Origin: the human T2T-CHM13v2.0 reference genome, Homo sapiens
Strand: one strand, 5' to 3'
DNA length: 64,000 nt
Assembly: GCF_009914755.1 (NCBI RefSeq)
Contig: NC_060929.1
Made by a program: the position numbers and the translations under genes. Shown in pieces: positions 41,874-57,384 of the stretch. Numbering within the stretch: the first letter of the stretch is position 1; every line of letters starts with the position of its first letter. The notes beneath the pieces are model-generated. The model did not search any database. It worked only from the letters and a program-made list of their open reading frames with translations, and was not told where the DNA came from.

Positions 41874-43094
41874 CATGTGCTGTTTCTTATGCTTAATGTT
41901 TTTTGGTTATTTTTTTTTTATCTTTGACAGCCTGAGCCAATATCTATGTGTACTAGGAAAATGCCACACAGAACACTGAGCCTGGCATCACATCAGCCGT
42001 TGGCCTGAGTGCAAATGATATCTGCAAGACCAAACAGATAAAGCTATATGTATAAGTCTCAGAAAGAGTAGGAGGACTCAACTTTGGTGATCACTTTATC
42101 AAGTTAATCTCAACAAATAAGCAAGGGGTGGGACTCAACCTCTTCATTCTTACTGTAGCAATCTGGAATCAGTCCATCACCATGACTGATGGTGTAAAAT
42201 GACATAATTACTCATTAATCTCCACTTAGAAAGTATATATTGCTACTGGCTGGAAATACTGCAGCAACCAGGAGGACCTTCACATTTCTACCATGTAGAA
42301 GAATTAAAGATTATTACATTCTGTCTTCAAGTGATGATCGGATAGTGCACAAATATTTTACCTGCCATACATATAAATTCAGCCAATGTGCAATTTAGTT
42401 TACAATATTCTTCAGCTGCAAAAGGGTACTTATACTTTCTTTAATATCTATTCAGCTCGAAAAAAAGCCTATCATATCTATTAAAATCAATAGACTTTTT
42501 ACTTTGCATTTGTTGTTTACTTACATTATTAGAAAAAAGAAGTAATCAGTACTGTAGAAAATTTCATTGATGCAGTTTTCCTTTTCCTGAATATTTTATA
42601 AATTAGAAAATAAAGGCCAAGACATATTAAATAACTTGCCCAATCCTAGGTAGCTGGAACATAGGGAGTAAAAACACAGACGTGACTTCACCCTCTAAAT
42701 TTGTCACCATTAATTGTTGTAGCTTTCAGCAAATGATTACTTCAGAACATTAAATCATAAGACAATGAGATACACTATCTTTTATTTCACTGAAGCTAGT
42801 GAACATCTATTTTAAGCAATGTCTTTAACAGTTTCTTAGCCTTTTGGGATCTGATTGCAAAGTTGTTAATGAGCATGACAGCCACCGCTAGAGGCCTACC
42901 TGATATCCCGTTCCCCTTCTCCTTATTAATAGAATCCTTCCATAGTCACAGCATGTATCATCAATGGCTGTGTTTTGCCCAATTAAAATGCTCACTCCTC
43001 CCAGAATGCCTCAGAGCTAGAGTACACATGTGACTTCATTTCACCTTATGCAGTAAACATGGGAAAAATCTTTTGGGGCTTTTTAGGAAAAGTT

Positions 43095-43325
43095 TTTTTA
43101 ATTATTTTATTCTATTTTTTAACTTTTAGGTTCAGGAGTACGTGTGCAGGTTTGTTATATAGGTAAATTGAGTGTCATGGGGGTTTGGTGTACAGATTAT
43201 TTCATCACCCAGGTTATAGGCATGGTACCCAATGGCTAGGTTTTCATTCTGCACCCTCCTCCTTCCCTCTGCCCTCGAGTAGGCCCTGTCTGTTGTTCCT
43301 TTCTTTGTATCCACCTGTATTCATA
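43095..43325 (-). mobile_element. Short L1 3' end inserted in an old ERVL-type LTR remnant (~42885-43620)
   Basis: cgtgtgcaggtttgttatataggtaaa..cagattatttcatcacccagg. Flanks resemble an LTR16/LTR33-like sequence (lower confidence). Confidence 0.7.
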
Positions 43326-45959
43326 CTGCATGTACTTTTTGCTGCTTTTTTTTTTAATCTCTCCATTTTTTTCCTTTGTCTTTTCCATGGCTTGCCAAAA
43401 TAATGATTAGAGATGCAGAAACTGGTTTACGATCATAAAAAAGAAAGCCACATGTTTGATTGAGAAATTAAAAGGTCCTTTTTTGATGTTATCATGGAGT
43501 TGCTGTATAAGACCCAGGATGCCAATCTTTGGGTTGCTGTATAAGACCCACGAGAAAAATAAATCCTTCTTTGTTTAAGAGATTATAATTGGATTTCCAT
43601 TCTGTGCTGCTGAATCCAAATCTGACCTAGGAGATTACTAGGTCAGTATTTTTCTTCATGCAGCAGTGTTTATACTTGTAAAAGTTATTTATGACTTTAT
43701 AGGAAGAATCATATCAATGTAAAACATATGTAAAAGAGAGACTCCAAAACTCATTTAGTTTGCTCTATACTAGTCAGTAAATATAAAATGAAAAATATTC
43801 CAAACATTTTTATTGATAGAGTCATTTAATTTTGTATTTTTAAATGACAAATGAATACTTTATGCAAAGAAAACTTATTATGAACTCTCTAATAAATAAT
43901 GAAACAATTATTTTGTAAAGCATTTTAAAAAGACAAGAACATTTAAAGGGAAATGATCTGTATTGAGAATACAGAGCTACCCTTTTGTTACAAATCAGGT
44001 AACTGTTCTATATACTATTTTGCATAAAACTGCTATAAAGTTTGTATTTTAATAATGCAGTTTTCCATTTTGTAAATATATTTTCTTACAAAATATGAGA
44101 TGCATTTAAAAATGATATTTATTCATTGGATTTATTCTCCATATCCCTTAAAATTCAATTAAATCATTTACAAATTGTCTGGTTTTAACTTATCTGATTG
44201 AACATCTGTAAATAATGTGTTTGAGCAAAATTCACTTTTTTATAAAATTGCAAGTATGGGTATCTTTTAGGGACATGTGGGTGACTCTTTCAATATAGAA
44301 GATCACACAAAATTTGGCCATAACACGTCACATATCTCCATAGCCTAGAGACACATCATGAAATAAAGTATTTCATTAGCCTGCTGGGACAAGATTCAGT
44401 GTGCACAGCAATATGGAAAAAAAAATCAATATAATGAACATTTTCATAAGCTCAGATTTCCTGATTAAAGTATGATTCTCTGAAGACTGCTTCAAAATGG
44501 ATATAAATATAAGTACTTTCTCACTGAGCACTCTAAGAGAAAGTTTGGAACACATTCTATTTTGAACATTATAAATTGTGCTTTCAAAAATGATATATAG
44601 CTAAAGAAAATTATTTAAACAAAAATGGGCTTTTGATTTAGTGGATATATGCCTAAAAACTGTATATTTTTCATTTTAATAATACCTGTATGGGAAATAT
44701 ATATGGGTGTTAAGGGATCTTATTGCCAGTCAGATAATGGAATTTGCTTTTATAAATTTATGAATAATTCTTACCTTATATAATATATATAAAATTTTCA
44801 GTATGATGCATGTATATTAAAATGTATAAAAAGAACTATAATCGTCACATTTTCTCCAAGCATTTATGTGAACAACATGTGAGCTGGGGAGAGAATCAGA
44901 GGTTTATTTAACTGGAATTAGTTAATGAAGTCATCTGTCACTGTTAATTTCTTGCCTTGCTATTCCGTTATCAAAGCAACTGAAATGATCTTAAAAGCCA
45001 ACCATTACAATCATTAATACTCAAAGTAAATATTACATTTATAGATGCAGTAATCTCAAACCTAGCACTTTCATTCAATCATAGATTCTATCATATGAAG
45101 AAAGCCAAAGAGACAATTTCAGAGTAAACATTGTTAATGGAAATTACGTTTTGAAAGGGCCTCAATTACATTGGCAGTGGGCCGTCCTCTGAGCACCATA
45201 AGAAAAATGTAATTTCATTGAATAATTCTAGTGTTGCATTGACTGGAATCAAAAAGTGAGTAATTCATTTGTACTTATAAAAGGAAAAATACTTCACTAC
45301 CACACAGAAAGTGGAGAAGAAGCACACTGGACTGTGAGCTTCTAAAGGGAATATTTCCCCAAGACCCATCTTCATAGTCAATAAATAAATGTTTATTTGT
45401 TTCGTTTCATGAAAGAATAAATGATCAGTAGGCCCCTGCTTCCAAAAAAAAAAAAAAAAAAAGGATTTACATTTAGGTTAAATTCCAGAAGTGTAATACT
45501 AAGAAGTGTCTTTTTTAATTTAAAGCTTCATGCTATGTTAAAACATTTTTGGCTCAAAATTATCTTCTTTTTTTGTCCCATTTCTGTCTGAGCACTTTGA
45601 AATAGTAATTTAGTTTTACAAATGGAAATGATTTGACTAAGAACAGGAGGGTCTGATGCAGAAAAAGCCTCAAATCCTGGATCCAGATTCAATGTATTTA
45701 TCTTTATATCAGTGAATGAGAATACAAATGTACGCATTAAACCTCAGTCCATTTCTCTTCCATTCTTCTAAAACAGCCACCCATTAATTTCTTACCTCTG
45801 TTCATTATTAAGCAGAACACATATGGTTTGCATTTTCATAAGACACTTGTAAACTATTCCTTCCTCATGCTGTTATTTTGTGGTAATTGTCAAAGCTACT
45901 TATGAAGCCACTCTCAGTGCATAGAAATCCTACACTGAACCCCACTGGAGAAATGAGGG

Positions 45960-46240
45960 GACTAGTGTATATTGTTAGCAATAGGAAGGCTCCTATTTCA
46001 CTCAGTAAAACCTAAATCCTTGGAGTGGCCTTCAAGTTCCTACACTTTCTGGCCCCTACACTCATTCCCACTGTTTCCTTAACCTCATTTCCTATTACTC
46101 TCTTCTCGCTGTTCATGCACGCTGCCCTGCCACCTCAGGGAGTTTGCACTGCTGTTCCCATACCTAGAGTGCTATTCCCTAGATATCCGCATGGCTAATT
46201 CTCACTTCTTTCAGTCCACATTGTTGCTGAAATATCAACC
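45960..46240. mobile_element. L2 fragment
   Basis: ccacctcagggagtttgcactgctgttccc..cctagagtgct..catggctaattctcac. Confidence 0.65.
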
Positions 46241-46261
46241 AAATTGAGTATTGTTGTCAAT

Positions 46262-47120
<859 letters not shown>

Positions 47121-47804
47121 AATCCCATTTTAAAATGCAACCTGCTTTGACCTCAAACACTCTTGATCTTTCTAATTGTTGTGATCTACTTAAAAAAAAA
47201 AAAACCCACTGGCCATTTTCTAATGTATTGTATTAAAACATTTTTACCTGATATTTATTGTTTCTTTATCATTCTACTGGACCTTAATTTCTATGAGAGC
47301 AGAGGATATTGTCTGTTTTACACTGCAAATATACCCAAACCACTCAGAACAGTGTTTTGTTTACTGCCACTATCAGACACTTTTTGAATTAATGAATAAA
47401 TTTATAATCAGTCCTTCAATTATTTTTTCCTAAATTGCCTGAAATTGTATACCTAGTCAACTTACTCTCCTACTCTCTGCAATGGGTTTTCAAATGTATT
47501 CAAACTTCTGGTTACCTTAGAACTTCTAGTGCCATCCCTTTACCTTTGCAGCTTATAGGTCACCTTTGTTCTCAGGTTGGCTCAATCCTATGGAAAAGCT
47601 TTCTATCCTCTTTCTACCAACTACTAAAGCTGTTTATCATTTTCTTTTGGAAACATCTTTCTTTGGCTTCTGAGGCATCCCACAGACCAGATTTTCTATC
47701 TCCTCATCTGGCCCTCTTTATCAGTTTCCTTTGCATGGTTATACTTCCTTGCCCCACTTATTGGGTAACTCTATGTCTGTGTTTCAGGCCACCTCTCTAC
47801 TTTT

Positions 47805-47937
47805 AATTTTTTTTTAAATATAGATGGGGGTCTCATTATATTGACCAAGGTGGTCCCAAACCCCTGGCCTCAAGCAGTTCTCCCATCTTGGCCTCCAAAA
47901 GTGCTAGGATTACAGGCATGAGACACTGTGCCCAGCC
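47805..47937 (-). mobile_element. FLAM / Alu left monomer
   Basis: Single antisense arm ending gattacaggcatgagacactgtgcccagcc. Confidence 0.82.
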
Positions 47938-48539
47938 AAGCCCACCTCTCTGCTTATTTGAAATGCTTTCTCGGGTAATTTCATTCATTTTTACAGCCTC
48001 AATCCTTATTAATACACCTAAATATCCCTCTCATCTAAACTTCTGCTTTTAAGTTCCAGTCTATTGTTTCAGTCTCTACCCAGATGTCTCAAAACTTTAT
48101 GTCTATAAATGTGTAAATAACAAGAACTTGATCTATTTAGAAATTATATAATAGTAAACATTACTCATAATTTAACTGTGAAAACACCACAGTTTTGAAT
48201 CTTATGTCTGAAGGCTTTAGTGAGTTCACCTATAGATATAACATTTGCAAACTAATAGGTGAGAGATTGGGCTTTGAGTCAGATATTGGTTTGAGTCCAT
48301 GCTCTGTTCTTTTTAACTTCATTAGTTTTCTTATCTTCTCTATTTCTCAGGGTCCTCATCGGTATAATCTGATCACTGACAGTAACTAGCACATTAGGTC
48401 GCTCTAAGCATGAAAATAGGTAATGCATGTGAAGTGTTCACACTGTAACAACCTTGCATTAATCCCTCAGAACAGTTTTTTATTATTATTAAAATTAGTA
48501 TTGTTTTATTTTCCTGTTTATCTCAAATTATAAACTTTA

Positions 48540-48634
48540 TAAATAATATGAGTCATTTTCTTTAATATTGGCCTATGAATCATAAACAAATAATTCATAG
48601 GCCAATATTAAAGAGAATGAACTCATGTTATTTA
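48540..48634. repeat. Long inverted repeat (~41-bp arms, 12-nt loop)
   Basis: taaataatatgagtcattttctttaatattggcctatgaat / cataaacaaata / attcataggccaatattaaagagaatgaactcatgttattta. Confidence 0.93.
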
Positions 48635-48844
48635 AAATTATTTATTTACACTTTTGACAATAAAAACAGAATTACCAACCAGTTGCATTCAAGTCACTAA
48701 ATTAATTGTTTTAGAAAATCTCTATTCTTGGATTGCATAGGAAAAATCTAGTGTAACAGTAGATAGCACTATATAGGGAAACCAATAAAGGTAATAAAAG
48801 ACAGATCCTGGACTTATCTTCTCGTGTATTAACATTAAATGAGG

Positions 48845-49090
48845 ATGATAACAAGCTCAAGAGATCTGTTATACAACGTGGCGACCATAGTTAATAGCAA
48901 TGTATTGTATAGAGTGCTTGAAAATCACTGAGAGTAGATTTCAAGTGTTCTCACTTTAATATCTGGTAAGTATGTGAGGTAAGCCATATATTAATTAGCT
49001 TGATTTAGCCATTGCACAATGTGTACATAGTCCAAAACATACTGTTGTACACCATAAATATATACAACTTTTTTGTTAGTTAAAAAAATA
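48845..49090 (+). mobile_element. L1MA/MB 3' end
   Basis: agagatctgttatacaac..gagtagatttcaagtgttctcac..ttaattagcttgatttagccatt. Confidence 0.8.
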
Positions 49091-49839
49091 GTAAAATGAT
49101 GATGACAAACACAGACCAGGAAGTAATAGTGTGGCTTCCACTAAGCCTATTTTATAAAAATAAAACATTCTGTTGTTTGTATCAGTTGGCCTGCAAAATC
49201 CAGAAAAATTATTCCCATTTAAATCATAACACTTTCTGGTTTCATTTAATTCCACTGTTATTGTTAGGTTGAGAAATGTAAATAAATGTATAGAGATGCA
49301 AACTGAAAATAACAGGGACTAAACCTTCTCCCCATGGTTTCCCAGGAAGAAGATGGTGAAGTTAGAAATTCTTCCTAGTTTCCTTTCATTTATACAAAAT
49401 CACACAGTAGCTAGGCTATATAATGTTTTGGCTGATGATTTCAATGCCTGTTACACATATCATTTTGTTATTTTGCGGCTTTTCTGGTTTTTTTCATTAT
49501 CCTTCATCTGTCTATTTTCAGTTGCAAAGGAAATGTTTGTGTTGTATATGTGTTGTGTACATGCATGTTTTGAGATTGAGAGAAAAAGAGACAGACAGAC
49601 ACACAGGGACAGAAAGAGAGAAAACAGGAGCTCATACTGATTTTGTATTCATTAGAAGGCAAGCCCCATGAAGGTGGTAGACGTCCTGCTTTCCTCGCTG
49701 CTGTTATTTTTGTATTATCTTGATGCTTTTGGCACTCACCATATATTTGTTGGCTGTGTCGTGAAATGACATTCCCTGCTTTCGGAATTATGAGGAGGAG
49801 ATGAGTTACTTATAAAAGCACTTAGAATTCTGCTCACAT

Positions 49840-50503
<664 letters not shown>

Positions 50504-51672
50504 ACAAGCTCCTTAAATTGTATTTTTATTATGAAGACCCTCAAGTTTCACAGCCACTTGAGGTTTGATCATATCCTTTGTTTTATCTATAAATTTGCTC
50601 AAAGAGACTTCCCTCTCCATCTGTTTGTGATAGTTTTGTTGGGAACTCATTTCCATAGAACTTTATCTGAGGGAATATTTGAGGACTGGGCTTAGGGTAC
50701 ATTCCTCAGCATAGGATTTGGGTTTGCATGTCCCAGATATCTGGGATTGCTCCTGACCTGAGACCATTTTAAAACCACATTTGGGACTTTAAGGTCTTCT
50801 GGGACCCTTCCCCGGTGTGAAGGAGAGCCCATGGAGAAGAATTCTGCCAGGAGTCTTCTCTTTCCCTTCTCTACACAGAACAGTCTCTGAGACAGTCATG
50901 GTTATCTTCCATCCTCTTCTATGGGGTAGAACTTGCTTAATTTTTTGAATGTTTTAGTCTCATTTAGGGGTGCTAATCTAAGCTCTACCTGGACTGTGTG
51001 GCCATAGTCCTTGTTTACTGTCTCACACTTGGGTGTGGCCTATTAAATCTCAAACTCTGCATCGATGGGACCCCAGTGGTGTACTTCTAATGCCATCAAG
51101 AGAACATGATGCAAGAAGCTGAGGTGACTAATATTCCCTGTTCTTACACTCTGGATCTACCACCACTAAGGCCATGTTCTTTCAGGCTTCCCAGCTAATG
51201 AATAAGCGAAACAGAATTAATAATGCCAGCTCATCCTTGTAGGATGTGCACTCCTCTGACTTTGGCTACAGGACTCACCATCTCTCTGGCCAACATTACT
51301 GTTTTCAGAGCTGCCCTATTATATGAGGGCCTTCCTGCACGCCCTACTTCCATTCACAAATTTCAGCCTTGCATCAAAATCCAAAGGCTCTGCCTGTCTT
51401 CTCTGGCACCTTCCCATTGATCCTTCACAGAAATTTCCCCCCCAAATTTCTCCAACATATAATTATAACTTGGTGATTAGAACTGACGAGTAAGTAGCAA
51501 ACACTAATCTAGGACAAGCATACTTTTCAAAAGGAATGTTACTTGTTGATTGTAACTTTTAAGAATTTACTTTACATTAACATCAACTCAACTGTGCAGT
51601 AAAAATAAATAAATCATTAATTTTAACATTTTTATTTTTAACGTTATGTGTTCTAGAAGAAAGTTTGTAGTT

Positions 51673-51975
51673 GGCCCGGCGCGGTGATTCATGCCTGTAA
51701 TCCCTGCACTTCGGGAGGCCGAGGCAGGTGGATCACTTGAGGCCAAGAGTTCCAGACCAGCCTGGCCAGCATGGCAAAACCTCATCTTTACTAAAAATGC
51801 AAAAATTAGCTGAGCGTGGTGGCGGTTGCCTGTAATTCCAGCCATTTGGGAGGCTGAGGCAGGAGAATTGCTTGAACCTGGGAGGCAGAGGTTGCAGTGA
51901 GCCAAGAAACTGTCTCAAAAAAAAAGAAAAAAAAAAAGAAAAAAGAGAAAGAAGGAAAGAAAGAAAGAAAGAAAA
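51673..51975 (+). mobile_element. AluS/J element with a right-arm deletion and (GAAA)n tail
   Basis: gagccaaga is joined directly to aactgtctcaaaa; the ccactgcactccagcctggg segment is missing. Confidence 0.88.
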
Positions 51976-54639
51976 GTTCTAGTTTCTCACTTTACGAGAA
52001 ATGGGTCAGCACTGTCTTTTCCATATCAACATAAAACAATTGTGTGGGCTCTTTGACTAAAAATATAAAATGTACCTGAGAAATGTATATACTAAGTTAT
52101 TTTTAATCTTGATGAACTATTGCTTTACCAACATATTGGAAGCTGTGTTAGTAGTGGCCTAATTTTCCAGAATTTTGATGATGCATATATGTGAGTATAT
52201 CTTAAGCTAATGAAACTAATTAATGGATTGTAAAATTTTCTCTTTTGCTTCTCCCTTTTCCATGCCAGTTTTCACATAAATAGGACAATATCTTCTTACT
52301 TTTCCTGTCATCATGAGAATGCTGGACTAAGAATTTATGGGCATTAACCCCCCCATCTATTTAACCACCTATATTACATGTGTCCCTGATGTAACCTGAG
52401 CAAACTTAGCAAGTCTTTTATTCTGGGTGAATGCCCCGCTTCACCCAAATCATGAATGCTCTTTGCTTCATGGAACTCTATTGCTTTTGTTCCCAGAACC
52501 AATTATATCTTAGCTAATCTCTTGCCCCTTTAATTATCCTTGATAGTTTTCCAAATAAAATATGCAATCTGTGAACACTTTATTAGTCCCACTCTCTGGT
52601 TTATCCATTCATGGGTAAGGATACAGAATTGTCTGAATCCAGCTTATTATAAATTCATTATTCTCAATTGTGCCCAATGACAAAATTTTCCTTGCCCTGG
52701 GTCAACAATATTCTCAGTCATCTCTACTATTTAACTGTAAATCTCAAACTATGTGCTGTTTAGAATTATATGTGCCTATCCCATTCTGCCGGACGTACGT
52801 GTTCTTTTCTCCATGAGATTTACATCCTGTAATGCTCTGATTCAGAATTTTGGGGCCCAATCCCTATTCATTTGTGTCTTAACAGTCTTTGAAGGGATGT
52901 TTGACTTCAAGGATTCCTTGAAGTTTCCCTCTGAGCAAAGGTGAGATGCCTTTTGATTCATGCTTGCGTCATTACTAGCCCAGGTTTAGCTGACTTTTTT
53001 AGTGTAGGATTTGCAATTAACACACAATAAAGGCTCTCTGAACTTTAGTCTCTTTTCGAGGGAAATAACCATAAACATACTGCCACTCAGTACAGATGGA
53101 GAGGTTAGTGAAAATAAGCAGCATTTATGAAGGCATGCCAGAAGGACTATGGGCCAGCCATTTTCTCTGGATACTGGAAATTCTTCCTGTAATGAAGCCA
53201 GACCTGCATAGAGTATTAATACTCAACCACACAAAATTCAGATCTTACAGAAGTGCTTTTACAAAATATTCTTACAAAGACTCAGAGGGGGAAATTACAA
53301 GAAAATATTCTGTGAAACATCAGATTATTTACTTAAAGTTATTGTTGATGGCCATTATTTTCAGTACTCTTAGAAAAAGGATAATGAGAGATTTTTTTAT
53401 TATGCAGCTAAAAGGAATAGTTTTGCCTTTTATTGAACAAAACAATTGTGTGTATGTTCATTTAACTTCTGGAAGATCTGAATCATGTAATTGTATCTGT
53501 TTTTTTCTATTTGTGGATAGACAGAACACTTAGAGCCACATGTGGAATACATTGCTAGAAACTAATTCTTCTTGGCATGGACTTTGTATACTAACTTAGT
53601 CCCTGGTTTCAAAGAATTTTTATTTTTCTTTCATTTTGATGTCCTCATCTAATTAATTTTATTGTATTTCATTCTGTTGGGTTATATGCAATTATAAGGC
53701 ACAAAGTCTTACTGAAAAAAGAACATGAAATAAGCAAATATGCAAAAAAGATTAATATTCTATGAACAGTTCATATCTCATGCTTATACATAACTATCAA
53801 AGCACACACAATACTTGACATTTTATACATGTTCAGCAAACATTTATTTACCAAATGAAGAAAACTAGGGATTGGAAAACAAAGCTGTTTCTTCAATATT
53901 TTTTATTTATTAAAAAATACTACTAGAGTTTGTAATCCTGGCTGACTTTTATCTCAAAAGAGTCAACTCTGTATTATTGAAGTGCAGATTAATGGTTTAA
54001 ATATTAATTGCATCCAAAATTTACATATTCTTATATAATTAAAATATACACTATATTTTTGAAAAGTTTAATTATTAACGATCAGTTTAACAACTAGAGA
54101 TATAAGAATATATATGCTATTGGAATTTGTGATTAGCAAATTCCACTTGGAGTCTGCAACGTACAATGACATGCAAATTCCATTTTCCATTGTTTGTATT
54201 GTATTTTTAAACATCAAAAGAAAAAATGTTTTTAACTTTAACTCTAATATAATGTTGTCAAATAAGTGAAAGAGTTGTTAGACTTTAAAAAAACACATTA
54301 CAATAGTGAGAAGCAGAATAAGTTATTTGTGATATGAAAGAGAAAAATGATGAGTTAATATAATTTTAATTCCAGTTGAGTTAAGAAAATGAAAAAGTGC
54401 ATCATTGTCTCTTCTACTTGCAAATGATATTTCTTCTATTTTTAAGAGAGTAAAATTTGTCTTTCAGTTGACAGTGAGTTACAGGTGAAAAGCTTTTACT
54501 CTGATGTTTTACAGAACTGCTAAAATGTCCATGTGTTATTCTATAGAGAATTGTAATAGAGTTTAGTAGTATAAAAGTGTGAAAGATGTTTTTTACCTTA
54601 ATATATGATATTTACTTGGTTGAGTTATATAACATTCAA

Positions 54640-54830
54640 AAATAGAGAATTTGGAGCCTGAAAACCTTGATTTCAGTTTAGCCTCCACTACTTACTGGAT
54701 TTGTGACCTTAAGCAAGTTATTTCATTTTTCTCAAACTGGGTTTCCTCTTAGATGAAAATAACAATATCTACCTTCCTTTCATGTGATTTATTGAGACCA
54801 AATTGGAGTAATAGATAGTATAACTAGAAC
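54640..54830 (+). mobile_element. MIR fragment
   Basis: cttactggatttgtgaccttaagcaagttatttc..gtttcctc..aataacaatatctacct. Confidence 0.72.
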
Positions 54831-55030
54831 TTGGTTTTAAGTTATTTAAACATTATTTACTAGGTAAAACTTGTGCCTGTATAAAAATGAGAAACTTTAT
54901 CTCTGAATGCAGATGCCATGTTTTCATTATTTGATAGAGATAAATAAACATGGAAATTGTATTACAATTTATACCAAACTGCAAGGGGCCAGGTGAGTCA
55001 ACCAAATTATACGGACATGTCAAAACATGC

Positions 55031-55409
55031 TGTTTTACTTTGTTTTCATACTGCTATAAAGAACTGCCAGAGACTGTGTAATTCATAAACGAAAGAGGTT
55101 TAACTGAATTACAATTAAGCATGGCTGGGGAGGCCTCAGGAAACTTAGGAAATCATAGCAGAAGTTGAAAGGGAAGCAAGGAAACTTCTTCACAAGGTGG
55201 CAGGAAGAAGTGCCGAGCAAAGCGGGGAAGAACTCCTTATAAAACCATCAGATAACCTGAGAACTCACTCACTATCACAAGAACAGCAAGGGGCAAACCA
55301 CCCCCATGATTCAATTACCTCCACCAGGTCTCTCCCTTGCTAGGTGGGGATTACGGAGATAATAATTCAAGATGAGATTTGGGTGGGGACACAAAGCCTA
55401 ACTATATCA
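55031..55409 (-). mobile_element. THE1/MSTA-type MaLR solo LTR
   Basis: ctgctataaagaactgcc, gagaactcactcactatcacaagaacagca, gagatttgggtggggacaca..ctaactatatca. Confidence 0.87.
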
Positions 55410-55902
55410 CATTGAGTGAATGCATGCATATTCTTAAATGCAAAAATTGTAAATACATATATAAATAGATAAATAGATGTTTAGTGGAATGTAGATTTCT
55501 CTAAATATCTATGCAATTTTCATGAATATGAGGTGCAGGAACAATAACATTAAGAGTATCTAATATTATCTCAGCTCATACTGGCTGTGGTGTAGAATTC
55601 ATAAGAGGAAGGCAGATTAAGTTCCCATTTCTTAGCTATTCTTAATATAAAGCAGTTTTAAAAACCCTGGTTATAGGATCCTATGAGACAAGCCTTAAAG
55701 GTATCTGATTGATTTAGATATAAATGACATATGGTTTTTTTTCTTATTATCAAGATGTTTTTGTAAATCTCATCTTTTTAAAGTGTCTCTTAATACACTT
55801 CTCTTTTTAACATTGGCTTCTAGAAAAAAATAATGAAGTAAGAAAAGAAAAGGGATTCTACATCTTGAGTGAGAAATTGCCTTATAAAAATGAACAAATA
55901 GA

Positions 55903-56218
55903 GGCTGGATGCAGTGGCTCACACCTGTAGTCCCAGCACTTTGGGAGGCTGAGGCAGGCAGATCACTTTAGGTCAGGAGTTCAAACCCAGCCTGGCCCAC
56001 ATGGTGAAAACCCATCTCTACTAAAAATGCAAAAATTAGCCAAGTGTGGTGGCACGCACCTGTAATTTCAGCTACTTGGGAGGCTGAAGAAGAAGAATTG
56101 CTTGAACCCAGGAGGCGGATGCTGCAGTGCACTGAGATCACGCCACTGCACTCCATCCAGCCTGGGTGACAGAGCAAGACTCCTCCGTCTCAAAAAGCAA
56201 CAACAATAACAACAAAAA
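55903..56218 (+). mobile_element. AluS element with (CAA)n tail
   Basis: Full dimer with TSD aacaaataga. Confidence 0.92.
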
Positions 56219-57384
56219 CAAATAGAATAAGTGAAGAGATTTGATCTTATAATTGGTTGGAATATCCCATAACACTGCACTGTTTATGTTTGCACAATAA
56301 TGAAAGTTCATTGAGTACATGTTCACTGACATATATGGATCCTCAGAAATATATATCTTAAACATATATATAAGTATATATAAATGTATACTCATACGCA
56401 TAACTCAGATGTATGCAAAGACTTCATATATCTAGAATGTATATTGTGTATATTCTATATAATATGTAATGGAGGTTGATAGACATAACCTTTTCTTGAT
56501 GGTGTAGGTTAGAAATAACTGGTTCATTTAGGGTAGGGCAGATTTCACTTGCACTGATATGGACAAATCAGTGTTAATGACAGAATGCAATAGAGTCATC
56601 CTGCTATGTAAACAGAAGCATAGATAACAAATAATACAAAATATGATAAAAGTTTACCTCATTCATAACATCATTTATCTGACCCTTTCCCGCAATTTAT
56701 CTGGCCTATCTGCCACCATTTAATTAAAAAAATTACAGTGATTATATCATGACTGCTTTCAAATCTCACTGTACAACTCTAAAAACATACACTTATTTGA
56801 TAGCCTTGAATTTCAGCAGAAAAGATAATACTTATAAGAGGTATAGACTTTAAAATATATCATATTTGTGCAGAATATTTTAAGTTATAAATATGTATGC
56901 ATAAGGCCTAGTTGATGTAACATTAGTATAGATGCTACAAATGCAAGTTCATTAAAGAATATTAAGATATTCTTCCCTGTAAATCTAAGGAAGCAAAACA
57001 ATGGGAAATTTCTCAAAGATCTAAAGCAGGAGATGAAATAGGGACAAACTGAGTGTTTGCTCAACCGTAATTGTGAAGCAATCAGTTTAATTTTCTCACA
57101 GTTGATTTTGTTTAATTAGGAGATGACATTAGCTAACTTTGCAGTTCTACATCGTTGCAAAAAGGAAAGAGGAGGTTTTGACATATTGTGCCTTTACTAT
57201 TAAAGAAATATCATTCAGTGAGTTTTTTGTACACATTTCTATTTGTGTGGTTTTTTTCACTGAAAATAATGCTTTTAAATTTCAGAATACAACAGCTTAA
57301 CTTATCACATAATAGAGATATACATATTGTATATCCCTTTTAAAATTAGTGCTAATGTAGCATGAGGGAAATGTAATTCAACAA

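Noticed and set aside
53096-53533. 145-aa ATG-initiated ORF
   Set aside because: No recognisable family, promoter or processed-pseudogene hallmarks. Its length is compatible with chance in 64 kb. Not excluded without Ribo-seq.
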